From NCBI GenBank assembly GCA_007132715.1, contig SLOE01000047.1, forward strand, positions 105,428 through 169,427: a stretch of DNA of 64,000 bases. Reading direction: 5' to 3'. This DNA is from Bacteroidales bacterium. Its GTDB lineage: Bacteria > Bacteroidota > Bacteroidia > Bacteroidales > PUMT01. Position numbers and translations under genes: made by a program. The notes beneath the pieces are model-generated. The model did not search any database. It was not told the origin of the DNA and saw nothing but the letters and a program-made list of their open reading frames with translations. Below are positions 37,434-46,396 of the stretch, one piece after another. Positions within the stretch are counted from its first letter, which is position 1; every line of letters begins with the position of its first letter.

Positions 37434-37946
37434 ATGAAACATTTACTAAAAGCAATCCTTGTCACCACACTGCTGGCTGCCGGACCAATGGCAACCGCCC
37501 AGAACGTTAAGTTCGGACATATTAACTCATCACAGTTGCTCAGGATCATGCCCGAAAGGGAGGCTGCCCAGAGACAGCTTGAGCGTGAAGCCAGGAGCCT
37601 TGGTGAGGAGCTGGAGAAACTTCAGGTTGAATACAACAATAAGCTTCAGAACTATATTGAAGCACAGGATACACTCTCAAACGTGGTAAGGCAGCTTCGC
37701 GAACGCGAGCTAAGGGAGCTTCAGAACAGGATTCAGGAGTTCCAGGCGGGAGCACAGGAAGACCTGCAAATGAGGGAGATGGAGCTGATCCAGCCCATAT
37801 TCGAAAAGATCGAAAAGGCCATATCAGAGGTTGCCCGGGAAAGAGGATATATTTATGTTTTTGACATAGATGCCAACGCCATTCTCTATTTCAGTGATGA
37901 AAGCGAGGATATCCTTCCCTATGTAAGGGAAAAGCTGGGTCTGTAG
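37434..37946 (+). CDS. OmpH/Skp family periplasmic chaperone (second copy)
   Basis: Signal peptide ending ATAQ. KFGHINSSQLL. Coiled-coil body. Confidence 0.75.
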   Translation: MKHLLKAILVTTLLAAGPMATAQNVKFGHINSSQLLRIMPEREAAQRQLEREARSLGEELEKLQVEYNNKLQNYIEAQDTLSNVVRQLRERELRELQNRIQEFQAGAQEDLQMREMELIQPIFEKIEKAISEVARERGYIYVFDIDANAILYFSDESEDILPYVREKLGL

Positions 37947-37951
37947 CAGCT

Positions 37952-38887
37952 ATGACCAAACTGAAGACCGGTCCCATAGGCATTTTTGATTCGGGGGTTG
38001 GGGGGCTTACGGTGGCAGCGGCCGTAAAACAGATCCTGCCTGAAGAGACGATAATCTATTTCGGCGATACCGCTCACCTTCCGTACGGGGACAAATCGTC
38101 TGAAGCAATCCTGCATTACAGCAGGAAAATAACCGATTTTCTTCTAAGCCACAACTGCCGGGTCATACTCGCGGCGTGCAATACTGTTTCGGCCACGGTA
38201 TGGAGTGAACTGGAAAACTACATTGGTGAGCGTGCAATAGCAGTGAATGTGATAGATCCCGTTGTAAACAGGCTGGCAAATACATTATCAGGATCTACCG
38301 TCGGCGTAATCGGAACGAAGAACACTGTAAATTCGGGAGCCTATCCCGAAAAGATCAAAAAGACACGTGAGGATGTCCGGGTCCACTCCCTTGCAACCCC
38401 CCTGCTGGTGCCGATGATAGAGGAGGGGTTCGTATATGATGACATAAGCAACGCGATAATCAGGACCTACCTTTCCGATTCACGCCTCAAAGGGATCGAC
38501 ACCCTGATCCTCGGTTGCACACATTACCCCATAATCAGGAACCAGATCAGGAAATTCTATGATTTCAAGGTTGATGTGATCGACTCGGCAATGATGGTGG
38601 CCGAAGAGCTCAGGGACCTGCTCGAAAAAAATGAAGGACGCATGAACGGGCATACTGCCGGCACCGGAGCAGCCGGCCGGGATACCGGCAATCAATTGTC
38701 CGGCGACACAAAGGATAACGCCCATATGCAGCCCGGCGATACACGGATTGCCGGCTGCGAACAGGCGGGCGATCCGGTAACCGGCGACAGGTTCTTCGTG
38801 TCAGACCACACCGAATACTTTTCGAGGATAGCGGCGATATTCTTTGAGAAGGAGATCATACTTGAGAAATACGACCTCTGGAAATAG
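37952..38887 (+). CDS. murI: glutamate racemase with ~45-aa low-complexity insertion near the C-terminus
   Basis: IGIFDSGVGGLTV, and catalytic Cys motifs AACNT and GCTHYP. The insert covers residues ~229-279. Confidence 0.85.
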   Translation: MTKLKTGPIGIFDSGVGGLTVAAAVKQILPEETIIYFGDTAHLPYGDKSSEAILHYSRKITDFLLSHNCRVILAACNTVSATVWSELENYIGERAIAVNVIDPVVNRLANTLSGSTVGVIGTKNTVNSGAYPEKIKKTREDVRVHSLATPLLVPMIEEGFVYDDISNAIIRTYLSDSRLKGIDTLILGCTHYPIIRNQIRKFYDFKVDVIDSAMMVAEELRDLLEKNEGRMNGHTAGTGAAGRDTGNQLSGDTKDNAHMQPGDTRIAGCEQAGDPVTGDRFFVSDHTEYFSRIAAIFFEKEIILEKYDLWK

Positions 38888-38888
38888 A

Positions 38889-39419
38889 TCACTCCCGGTA
38901 CCAACCGGCGTAACCCAGATAGTTCCCGGAGTGCCTTTTTACCATTTCGGCAATCTGTTGCCTGTCAACTTCCTTGATGCGGCGGGCAGGAACCCCTCCG
39001 TAAATAGTGCCCGATTCAACCCGGGTCTTTTCAAGTACCACAGCTCCAGCAGCTATGATCGCATCCGGTTCAACAACCACGTCGTCCATCAGGACAGCAC
39101 CCATCCCAACCAATACATTATCCCCTATATGGGCACCGTGAACAATCACATTGTGACCGATCGATACATTGTTGCCTACCACAATGGTGGTTTTTTCAAA
39201 GGTGCAGTGCATGACTGAATTGTCCTGTACATTTACCCTGTTGCCGATCCGGATTGAGTTTACATCTCCCCTGATGACCACGTTGAACCATATGCTGCAG
39301 TCATCTCCGGTAACAACATCACCTATAACAGTGCAATTATCGGCCAGGTAACAATTCCTGCCGAAACGGGGCGAGAACCCCCTTACTGATTTTATGAGCG
39401 ACATATCTTTTTTATGCAA
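38889..39419 (-). CDS. gamma carbonic anhydrase family (left-handed beta-helix) protein
   Basis: Hexapeptide repeats. SIWFNVVIRGDVNSIRIGNRVNVQDNSVMH is typical of the YrdA/PaaY-like family. Confidence 0.75.
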   Translation of the reverse strand: MHKKDMSLIKSVRGFSPRFGRNCYLADNCTVIGDVVTGDDCSIWFNVVIRGDVNSIRIGNRVNVQDNSVMHCTFEKTTIVVGNNVSIGHNVIVHGAHIGDNVLVGMGAVLMDDVVVEPDAIIAAGAVVLEKTRVESGTIYGGVPARRIKEVDRQQIAEMVKRHSGNYLGYAGWYRE

Positions 39420-39597
39420 ATCTGATAAATTTTAACCTGTCTGCCACCCGATTCATGCTGCAAAACATCCTCTGCCAATGATGATTTTAATCATACCAGA
39501 CCGTATACATCTGTTTTACAAAGTCTTGAGGGTTTATTGCAGGGACCGTAACGATCAAAAAAAAACATATTTCATAACCTCATAATAGAGAAAATAG

Positions 39598-39605
39598 TAT
39601 TTTTG
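39598..39605 (+). promoter_or_regulatory. candidate -7 promoter box (TAnnTTTG) for korAB
   Basis: tatttttg lies 95 nt upstream of the korA ATG. Confidence 0.3.
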
Positions 39606-39700
39606 CATTAAAGATTTACCCGTTTATTACCAAATATTTATCGCCTTTATTTAACAATCAGGTTCAGGTTTCCAGTATTTCCTAATTACAACACCGCATA

Positions 39701-41554
39701 ATGACTAAAAAGGCAACTTTCAAAAACAAGGAATCGGTCGTAATAAAGTTCGTTGGCGACTCGGGTGACGGGATGCAGCTTGCAGGCACCCTTTTCTCAG
39801 ACACCGCAGCAGTATTTGGAAATGATCTTTTTACATTCCCGGATTACCCTGCTGAGATAAGGGCACCCCACAATACCCTGGCAGGCGTATCAGGTTTCCA
39901 GGTTCAGATAGGGAGCGAAAAAATTTTTTCACCCGGTGACTTGTGCGACATCCTTGTTGCGATGAACCCTGCATCACTTAAAACAAATCTTAAATGGGTC
40001 AGGGCGGGTGGTATCATAGTGACCGATGCCGATGCATTCAACGAAAAGGCCCTTGAAAAATCAGGATATGAATCAAATCCGCTTGAAGACGGCAGTCTCG
40101 ATGTATACAGACTCGTCAAGGCTCCGGTATCAAGCATGACCAGGAGCAGCCTTTCCCACCTTAAGGTGAGTGCCCGTATGGCCGAACGAAGCAGGAACAT
40201 GATGGCACTGGGCATCGTCTCTTTTCTGCTTAACCAGGATCTGGATGCAACATTCAAGTTTCTTGAAGACAAATTCGGATCCAGGCCTCAGGTGCTTGAG
40301 TTAAACAAAACCGCCCTTTCGGCCGGCTACAATTTTGCCGAGACAATAGAGGCAATTGGCACAACATACAAAGTACCCAAAGCGTCTTTGAAGAAAGGAA
40401 CATACCGCAATATCTCAGGAAATGTAGCAACGGCCTGGGGCTTTCTTGCCGCTTCAGAACGTTCGGGGAGGCCCCTCTTTTTGGGATCATACCCCATTAC
40501 CCCGGCCACTGAAATACTTATTGAGCTGTCACAGCAAAAGGCCCTTGGCGTAAAGGTGTTCCAGGCTGAAGATGAGATAGCAGGCATCTGTTCTGCCATC
40601 GGTGCAAGTTATGCAGGCTCCCTCGCCATCACAACGACCTCGGGACCCGGGCTCTCTCTTAAGTCAGAGGCTATCGGACTGGCGGTAATGACTGAGCTGC
40701 CGCTGGTAATTGTTAATGTTCAACGGGCGGGGCCATCAACAGGCATGCCTACCAAATCGGAACAGTCTGACCTCCTCCAGGCACTGTACGGCCGGAACGG
40801 AGAATGCCCCGTGATCGTAATGGCAGCATCCACGCCGGCAAACTGCTTCTATTATGCCTATGAAGCCGCCAAGATAAGCATGGAGCACATGACCCCCGTT
40901 ATTCTTCTTACCGACGGATACCTCGGCAACGGTTCGGAGCTTTTCAGGATACCGCAGGTGGCTGACCTGCCTCCCATCAACCCCCCGCTTGCAAAGGCAA
41001 ACGATGAAAATTACAAACCCTACAGGCGGGATCCGGAGACGCTGGTAAGGCAATGGGCAATACCGGGAACAGAAGGGTTGAGACACCGGATCGGGGGACT
41101 TGAAAAGACGGATATTTACGGTACTGTATCGACCGATCCCCAGAATCACCAGATGATGATCGGAATTAGGGAAGAAAAGGTAAAGAAGATTGCCGAAAAG
41201 ATTCCTCCCCAGAAGATAACGGGTGAAAAAACAGGCGACCTGCTCGTCGTAAGCTGGGGTGGAACAGAAGGATCTATACTGACACCCGTAAAAGCACTTC
41301 AGAAAGAGGGTAAAAAGATAGGGCATGCACACTTCAACCATATCATGCCACTGCCCATAAACACCAGGGAGGTGCTACAGGGTTACCGGAAAGTTATCGT
41401 ATGTGAATTGAACAACGGCCAGTTTGTCAAATACCTGAAAACCGAATTTCCTGAGATCAAATATCTTCAGTATAATAAGATACAGGGGTTGCCATTCTTT
41501 ACCGGCGAACTTACTGAACTGTTTAACAAACTAATTGAAACCGAACAGACATGA
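39701..41554 (+). CDS. korA: 2-oxoacid:ferredoxin oxidoreductase subunit alpha (fused gamma-alpha, KorA-type)
   Basis: 617 aa. N-terminal gamma-like domain (KFVGDSGDGMQ). Alpha domain (GSYPITPATEIL, TTSGPGLSL, QRAGPSTGMPTK). Confidence 0.85.
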   Translation: MTKKATFKNKESVVIKFVGDSGDGMQLAGTLFSDTAAVFGNDLFTFPDYPAEIRAPHNTLAGVSGFQVQIGSEKIFSPGDLCDILVAMNPASLKTNLKWVRAGGIIVTDADAFNEKALEKSGYESNPLEDGSLDVYRLVKAPVSSMTRSSLSHLKVSARMAERSRNMMALGIVSFLLNQDLDATFKFLEDKFGSRPQVLELNKTALSAGYNFAETIEAIGTTYKVPKASLKKGTYRNISGNVATAWGFLAASERSGRPLFLGSYPITPATEILIELSQQKALGVKVFQAEDEIAGICSAIGASYAGSLAITTTSGPGLSLKSEAIGLAVMTELPLVIVNVQRAGPSTGMPTKSEQSDLLQALYGRNGECPVIVMAASTPANCFYYAYEAAKISMEHMTPVILLTDGYLGNGSELFRIPQVADLPPINPPLAKANDENYKPYRRDPETLVRQWAIPGTEGLRHRIGGLEKTDIYGTVSTDPQNHQMMIGIREEKVKKIAEKIPPQKITGEKTGDLLVVSWGGTEGSILTPVKALQKEGKKIGHAHFNHIMPLPINTREVLQGYRKVIVCELNNGQFVKYLKTEFPEIKYLQYNKIQGLPFFTGELTELFNKLIETEQT

Positions 41555-42585
41555 TCAGCAACCGCATTTTGCAATCGGAGCAGGAACTCAGTAAAGAGGA
41601 TTTTGTAAGCGACCAGATGGTTAAATGGTGCCCCGGATGCGGTGCGCATGCCATCCTGAAAGCTATTGAAAACGTGTTCCCGGAGATTGGTTACAAAAAG
41701 GAGAACTTCATGTTCGTATCTGGTATCGGATGCTCCTCCCGTTTTCCTTACTACGTAAACACCTATGGAATACATGGAATTCACGGCAGGGCCGCGGCCA
41801 TAGCAACAGGGGTAAAGCTGGCCAATCCGGGACTGAGTGTGTGGATAGCAACGGGTGACGGCGATTCGATGGCTATCGGAGGAAACCACTTTATACACAT
41901 CATCAGGAGGAACCTGGATGTGAATATCCTGCTCTTCAACAACCAGATCTACGGTCTGACAAAAGGTCAGTACTCTCCCACAACACCAATAGGAAGCATA
42001 ACCCGGACATCGCCCCACGGAACCGTTGAACATCCTTTCGTAACAGCGGGTCTTGTTATGGGCGCACAGGGAACTTTCTTTGCACGGGTGCCGGACAACA
42101 ATATCAAAATGATGACGGAGGTGATGTTTGAGGCTGCCAGGCATGACGGTACCGCAGTTATTGAGATATTGCAGAACTGTATAATCTTTGCTGACGGGAC
42201 CCATTCACAGGTAACCGGCAAGGAGGTAAGGGACGACTACCAGCTTCACCTCAAACATGGTGAACCTATGCTATATGGCAAGAACAAGGAGAAGGGGATC
42301 CAGATGAAAGGACAAAAACTCCAGGGTGTTGTGGTAGGACTCAACGGGGTCGAGATGGAAGATATCCTGATCCATGACCGGTACGAGAAAAACCCCGGCA
42401 TCCACAGGATGCTCGGCAAGATGGGACCTCCCGTCCTGCCTGTGGCCCTTGGAGTTATAAGGTCGGCAGAATTTGAGACCTACGATGACATGGTCGAGGT
42501 CCAGATAGAGTCGGCCCGGGAACAAACCGAAATAAAATCTGTTGACGACTTGCTTAAGAGCGGTGAAACTTTTAATGTCACATAA
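41551..42585 (+). CDS. korB: 2-oxoacid:ferredoxin oxidoreductase subunit beta (KorB-type, TPP-binding)
   Basis: WCPGCG, the TPP motif GDGDSMAIGGNH and NNQIYGLTKGQ. Its start overlaps the korA stop by 4 nt (ATGA). Confidence 0.85.
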   Translation: MISNRILQSEQELSKEDFVSDQMVKWCPGCGAHAILKAIENVFPEIGYKKENFMFVSGIGCSSRFPYYVNTYGIHGIHGRAAAIATGVKLANPGLSVWIATGDGDSMAIGGNHFIHIIRRNLDVNILLFNNQIYGLTKGQYSPTTPIGSITRTSPHGTVEHPFVTAGLVMGAQGTFFARVPDNNIKMMTEVMFEAARHDGTAVIEILQNCIIFADGTHSQVTGKEVRDDYQLHLKHGEPMLYGKNKEKGIQMKGQKLQGVVVGLNGVEMEDILIHDRYEKNPGIHRMLGKMGPPVLPVALGVIRSAEFETYDDMVEVQIESAREQTEIKSVDDLLKSGETFNVT

Positions 42586-42586
42586 T

Positions 42587-43078
42587 ATGAGGGGCCTGAC
42601 CTTATTGCTTTTAATCCTGGCTGCCCCGGCAATCATAATGCTGTCATGCCAGCGGAGAGTTACGGGTGTTTCCGAAACAAATGATACCGGTGAAATGAAG
42701 GAGATTGAAATAGCACATATAACCCGTGGTCCTTTTTGCGGTGTTGAACAGCAGCAAAACATCGCGGTAACCGACAACTCACACTGGAAGGAGCTCTGGA
42801 CAACAGTGCAGCGCAACAGGCGTCCGGCTGATGATCTGCCGGAGATCGACTTCAGCAGGCAAACAGTAATTTGCGTCTTTTTGGGGACCAGGTCTACCGG
42901 AGGTTACAGTGTGGAGATACTGGGCGCATCATTGCACCGGGATACACTCACCGTCCTTTACAGTACAGAATCACCAGCACCCGGAGATATGGTCAGTATG
43001 GCCATTACCCAACCCTGCCATATAGTTAGTGTTGATGCGACCGCTGAACAAGTGGAGTTTATAAGGAAGGAACGTTAA
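42587..43078 (+). CDS. lipoprotein with PrcB C-terminal-like domain
   Basis: Start chosen at 42587 (MRGLTLLLLILAAPAIIMLSC, lipobox), 1 nt after the korB stop. GTRSTGGYSVEI resembles the PrcB_C signature. Confidence 0.45.
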   Translation: MRGLTLLLLILAAPAIIMLSCQRRVTGVSETNDTGEMKEIEIAHITRGPFCGVEQQQNIAVTDNSHWKELWTTVQRNRRPADDLPEIDFSRQTVICVFLGTRSTGGYSVEILGASLHRDTLTVLYSTESPAPGDMVSMAITQPCHIVSVDATAEQVEFIRKER

Positions 43079-43250
43079 AGCTGGTCAGGTATCACGTTCC
43101 TTTCAGCAGTTCAAATTCCCAAATCAACTCTCTCGGTAAACAAACCGGTTCATTTCTTTGTTTATGGCATACAATTTGGAGTTATTTTCAGTTATTAAAG
43201 TATATTGTGTTTTTTAACTTCCCCGGAAACGGGTTACAATAATACGGATC

Positions 43251-46200
43251 ATGGTCAGATTCAGGAATTCATTTGCAGGAACGAACAGAATGAACTACAG
43301 CATGCTGTTATTGCTTGTTGTTTTCCTGTTTTCGGGAAGCGACCTGTATTCACAGGGTTTCGGGCGCACGAAACCCGGATACAAGACATTTGATTTCAAG
43401 GTCTACAAGACGCCCAACTTTGAAATATATCACTATTTTGAAAATGATTCCGTACTGCATGAGATCGCCATGATGAGTGAAAAGTGGTATTACCGGCATA
43501 CCAGGGCGCTGGGTGATACCATCAAGGATAGAAACCCGCTTATAATCTATGAGAACCACCCCGACTTTCAGCAGACTACGGCAGTAGGCAGCCTGATAGG
43601 AATTGGCACCGGAGGAGTTACCGAATCACTCAAGAACAGGGTGGTGATGCCCATACTGGAGACCAGGGGGCAGACCGATCATGTACTGGGACACGAACTG
43701 GTTCATGCCTTCCACTTCAATGAACTGTTGCGAAACGATACAATGAATGTCTATTCAATAAGGAATCTGCCGCTATGGTTCATCGAGGGAATGGCCGAAT
43801 ACATGTCGATCGGAAGCGTAGACCCCAACACCGCTATGTGGATGCGCGATGCAATAATCAACGACGATTTTCCCACCCTCAAAGATATGACCACCAGTTA
43901 CAAGTATTTTCCGTACCGGTTCGGGCACGCGTTCTGGGCTTTTGTAGCACGAACATGGGGAGACTCCATAATAACACCGCTTTTTCAACAGACAGCAAGA
44001 TTTGGTTATGAGAGGGCAATTGAGAATGTGCTCGAGATGAGGGCCAACACCTTTTCCGATGTATGGCAGTCATCTTTCAGAATGCATTACGACGAGCTTA
44101 TCAGAAACACCGACAGCGAGATGAGCGGCGAGAAGCTGATATTCGAGGAGACAGGCGGAAGGATGAATGTGTCACCGTCGGTAAGTCCTGACGGACAACA
44201 CGTTGCATTCTATTCTGAAAAAAATGTGTTCACACTTGACCTTTTCATAGCGAGAACAGATGACGGCAGAATAGTAAGAACCCTCACAAGCTCAACACGG
44301 GATACCGATATTGATGGCTATAACTTCCTTGAGTCGATGGGAACATGGTCGCCCGACAGCCGGTATTTTGCCTATGTTGCCGTTAAAAAAGGAAAAAGTC
44401 ACATTCTCATAACCGATATCAACAGGCCCCGCAGGACCAGGGAGATAAGCATACCCGGAGTTCCCTTCGTCAACAATCCCTCCTGGTCGCCCGACGGCAG
44501 GCATCTTGTAATGACCGGACTGGTTGGCGGTATCAACAACCTGTACCTTTATGACCTGGAAACCGGTGATGTTGAACAGATCACCAACGACCCCTACTCC
44601 TATGTTCATGCATCCTGGTCGCCCGACGGCAGGTACATTGCCTTTGCAACCGACATGAAGCAGCCCGCCGACACCAGCACCGCGGTAACTTACAGCCTTA
44701 ACCTGGGTATAATCGACACTCATGACAACAACAGGCGCAGGGTGCTGCCGGTTTTCAGGGGTGCAAACAATATCAACCCGGTATTTTCGACTGACGGAAA
44801 ATCTATCTATTTCCTGTCAGACAGCGACGGGTTCCGGAACCTGTACCGCTATAACATTGAAACAGGAGAGGTTTACAGGGCGACAAATTATCCCACAGGC
44901 ATCAGCGGAATAACTTCTTTATCGCCGGCTATCAGCATTGCACGTGAAACAGGCCTTATCACATATTCCTACTACTTTGAGGGAAATCACACCATCTATT
45001 CAGCCATGCCTGAAGATTTCAGGGAAGAGCCTGCCGATCCTGAACATGTTGACATGCTTGCTGCAACCCTACCCCCCTTCCAGCGTGTGGCAACCAATAT
45101 TGTCGACCGCCTCCTGGCCGACAATGACAGGTTTCCCAGGTTTCCTGAAGAAGAATTCCAGCACCAGAAGTATGAGCCCAGGTTCCAGCTTGATTACATA
45201 GGGAACACCGGCGTTGGAATTGCCGTTAACACCTATTACGGTACGGGCATGTCGGGAGGGGTACAGATGCTCTTCAGCGACATACTGGGTGACAACACCC
45301 TTTTCGGCGCCGTGGCCGTGAACGGTGAAATATATGACTTCGGCGGAATGTTCAGCTATATGAACCAGAAAAGGAAAATCAACTGGGGAGGTTCAATTTC
45401 TCATATACCGTACCGTACAGCAACCCTGGGTATCGAAGAAGAGAGGATATTCAACGAAGACAGCACGGCATACTATCTCCGCACCAATTTACAGCTATAT
45501 AACATCAGGACCTTCGAAGATCAGCTATCCCTTTTTGTCTATTATCCCTTCTCGATGTCCAGGCGCCTGGAGGTAGGCGGATCAATGGCAAGGTATTACT
45601 ACCGGATTGACAGGTGGAACCACTACTATGAAGGCGGTTTCTACCGGGGCGAATCACGTGAAAGGGTCGATGCCCCGCCCGGGTTTAACCTTGCAAGGCT
45701 GAATCTCGCATACGTGGGCGACAATTCGTATTTCGGGCTTGCTTCCCCTATGAGGGGATACAGGTACAGGATACAGGGGGACAAATACTTCGGAAGGCTT
45801 GAGTTTTATCAGTTACTGACCGATTACAGACAATACTATTTCCAGAACCCTCTCAGTTTTGCCTTCAGGTTCTATCATGCCGGCCGTTACGGCCCGACGG
45901 CCGAGAACAATCTCTTTTACCCCATGTACCTCGGATTCCCCGGGTTTGTAAGAGGTTACTCCTCGAGCCAGTTTTACCAGCTTCAGTCTTTTCAGAATAT
46001 AGATTTCTCGATAAACGACCTGATCGGAAGCCGGATGGCCGTGACCAATTTTGAGATAAGACTACCCTTTACGGGCCCCGAACAGCTGGCAGTCATCCAG
46101 TCAGGTATCTTCTTTACCGAGCTTGCACTGTTCTTTGATGCAGGTGTGGCATGGACCACAGACACAAGGCCGACATTCGACATAGATGATATGTCGCCCG

Positions 46201-46349
46201 ACCGCAGGTTCCCGTTCTTCAGTACAGGTCTGTCATTAAGGGTTAATCTTTTCGGCGCACTTATTATCGAACCCTACTATGCCTTCCCATTCCACAGGAA
46301 TGGTATAAGTGAAGGCGTTCTCGGTCTGAACTTCATTCCAGGCTGGTAG
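43251..46349 (+). CDS. secreted multidomain protein: zincin (HExxH) peptidase-like domain + PD40/TolB-like beta-propeller + C-terminal Omp85-type beta-barrel
   Basis: HELVH at 43692-43706 with a downstream EGMAEY. At least four WSPDG/SPDG PD40 blades. The C-terminal ~400 aa has beta periodicity, the loop-6-like FVRGY motif at 45945-45959 and a terminal aromatic residue (..FIPGW). An alternative start at 43290 (MNYSMLLLLVVF) is possible. Confidence 0.6.
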   Translation: MVRFRNSFAGTNRMNYSMLLLLVVFLFSGSDLYSQGFGRTKPGYKTFDFKVYKTPNFEIYHYFENDSVLHEIAMMSEKWYYRHTRALGDTIKDRNPLIIYENHPDFQQTTAVGSLIGIGTGGVTESLKNRVVMPILETRGQTDHVLGHELVHAFHFNELLRNDTMNVYSIRNLPLWFIEGMAEYMSIGSVDPNTAMWMRDAIINDDFPTLKDMTTSYKYFPYRFGHAFWAFVARTWGDSIITPLFQQTARFGYERAIENVLEMRANTFSDVWQSSFRMHYDELIRNTDSEMSGEKLIFEETGGRMNVSPSVSPDGQHVAFYSEKNVFTLDLFIARTDDGRIVRTLTSSTRDTDIDGYNFLESMGTWSPDSRYFAYVAVKKGKSHILITDINRPRRTREISIPGVPFVNNPSWSPDGRHLVMTGLVGGINNLYLYDLETGDVEQITNDPYSYVHASWSPDGRYIAFATDMKQPADTSTAVTYSLNLGIIDTHDNNRRRVLPVFRGANNINPVFSTDGKSIYFLSDSDGFRNLYRYNIETGEVYRATNYPTGISGITSLSPAISIARETGLITYSYYFEGNHTIYSAMPEDFREEPADPEHVDMLAATLPPFQRVATNIVDRLLADNDRFPRFPEEEFQHQKYEPRFQLDYIGNTGVGIAVNTYYGTGMSGGVQMLFSDILGDNTLFGAVAVNGEIYDFGGMFSYMNQKRKINWGGSISHIPYRTATLGIEEERIFNEDSTAYYLRTNLQLYNIRTFEDQLSLFVYYPFSMSRRLEVGGSMARYYYRIDRWNHYYEGGFYRGESRERVDAPPGFNLARLNLAYVGDNSYFGLASPMRGYRYRIQGDKYFGRLEFYQLLTDYRQYYFQNPLSFAFRFYHAGRYGPTAENNLFYPMYLGFPGFVRGYSSSQFYQLQSFQNIDFSINDLIGSRMAVTNFEIRLPFTGPEQLAVIQSGIFFTELALFFDAGVAWTTDTRPTFDIDDMSPDRRFPFFSTGLSLRVNLFGALIIEPYYAFPFHRNGISEGVLGLNFIPGW

Positions 46350-46366
46350 TGCCGCAACCTCTGCAA

Positions 46367-46389
46367 GGTTACCGCACACCCCGGTAACC
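46367..46389. terminator. weak stem-loop between convergent genes
   Basis: ggttaccg / cggtaacc 8-bp stem with a 7-nt loop. No T-tract. Confidence 0.25.
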
Positions 46390-46396
46390 GCAAATA

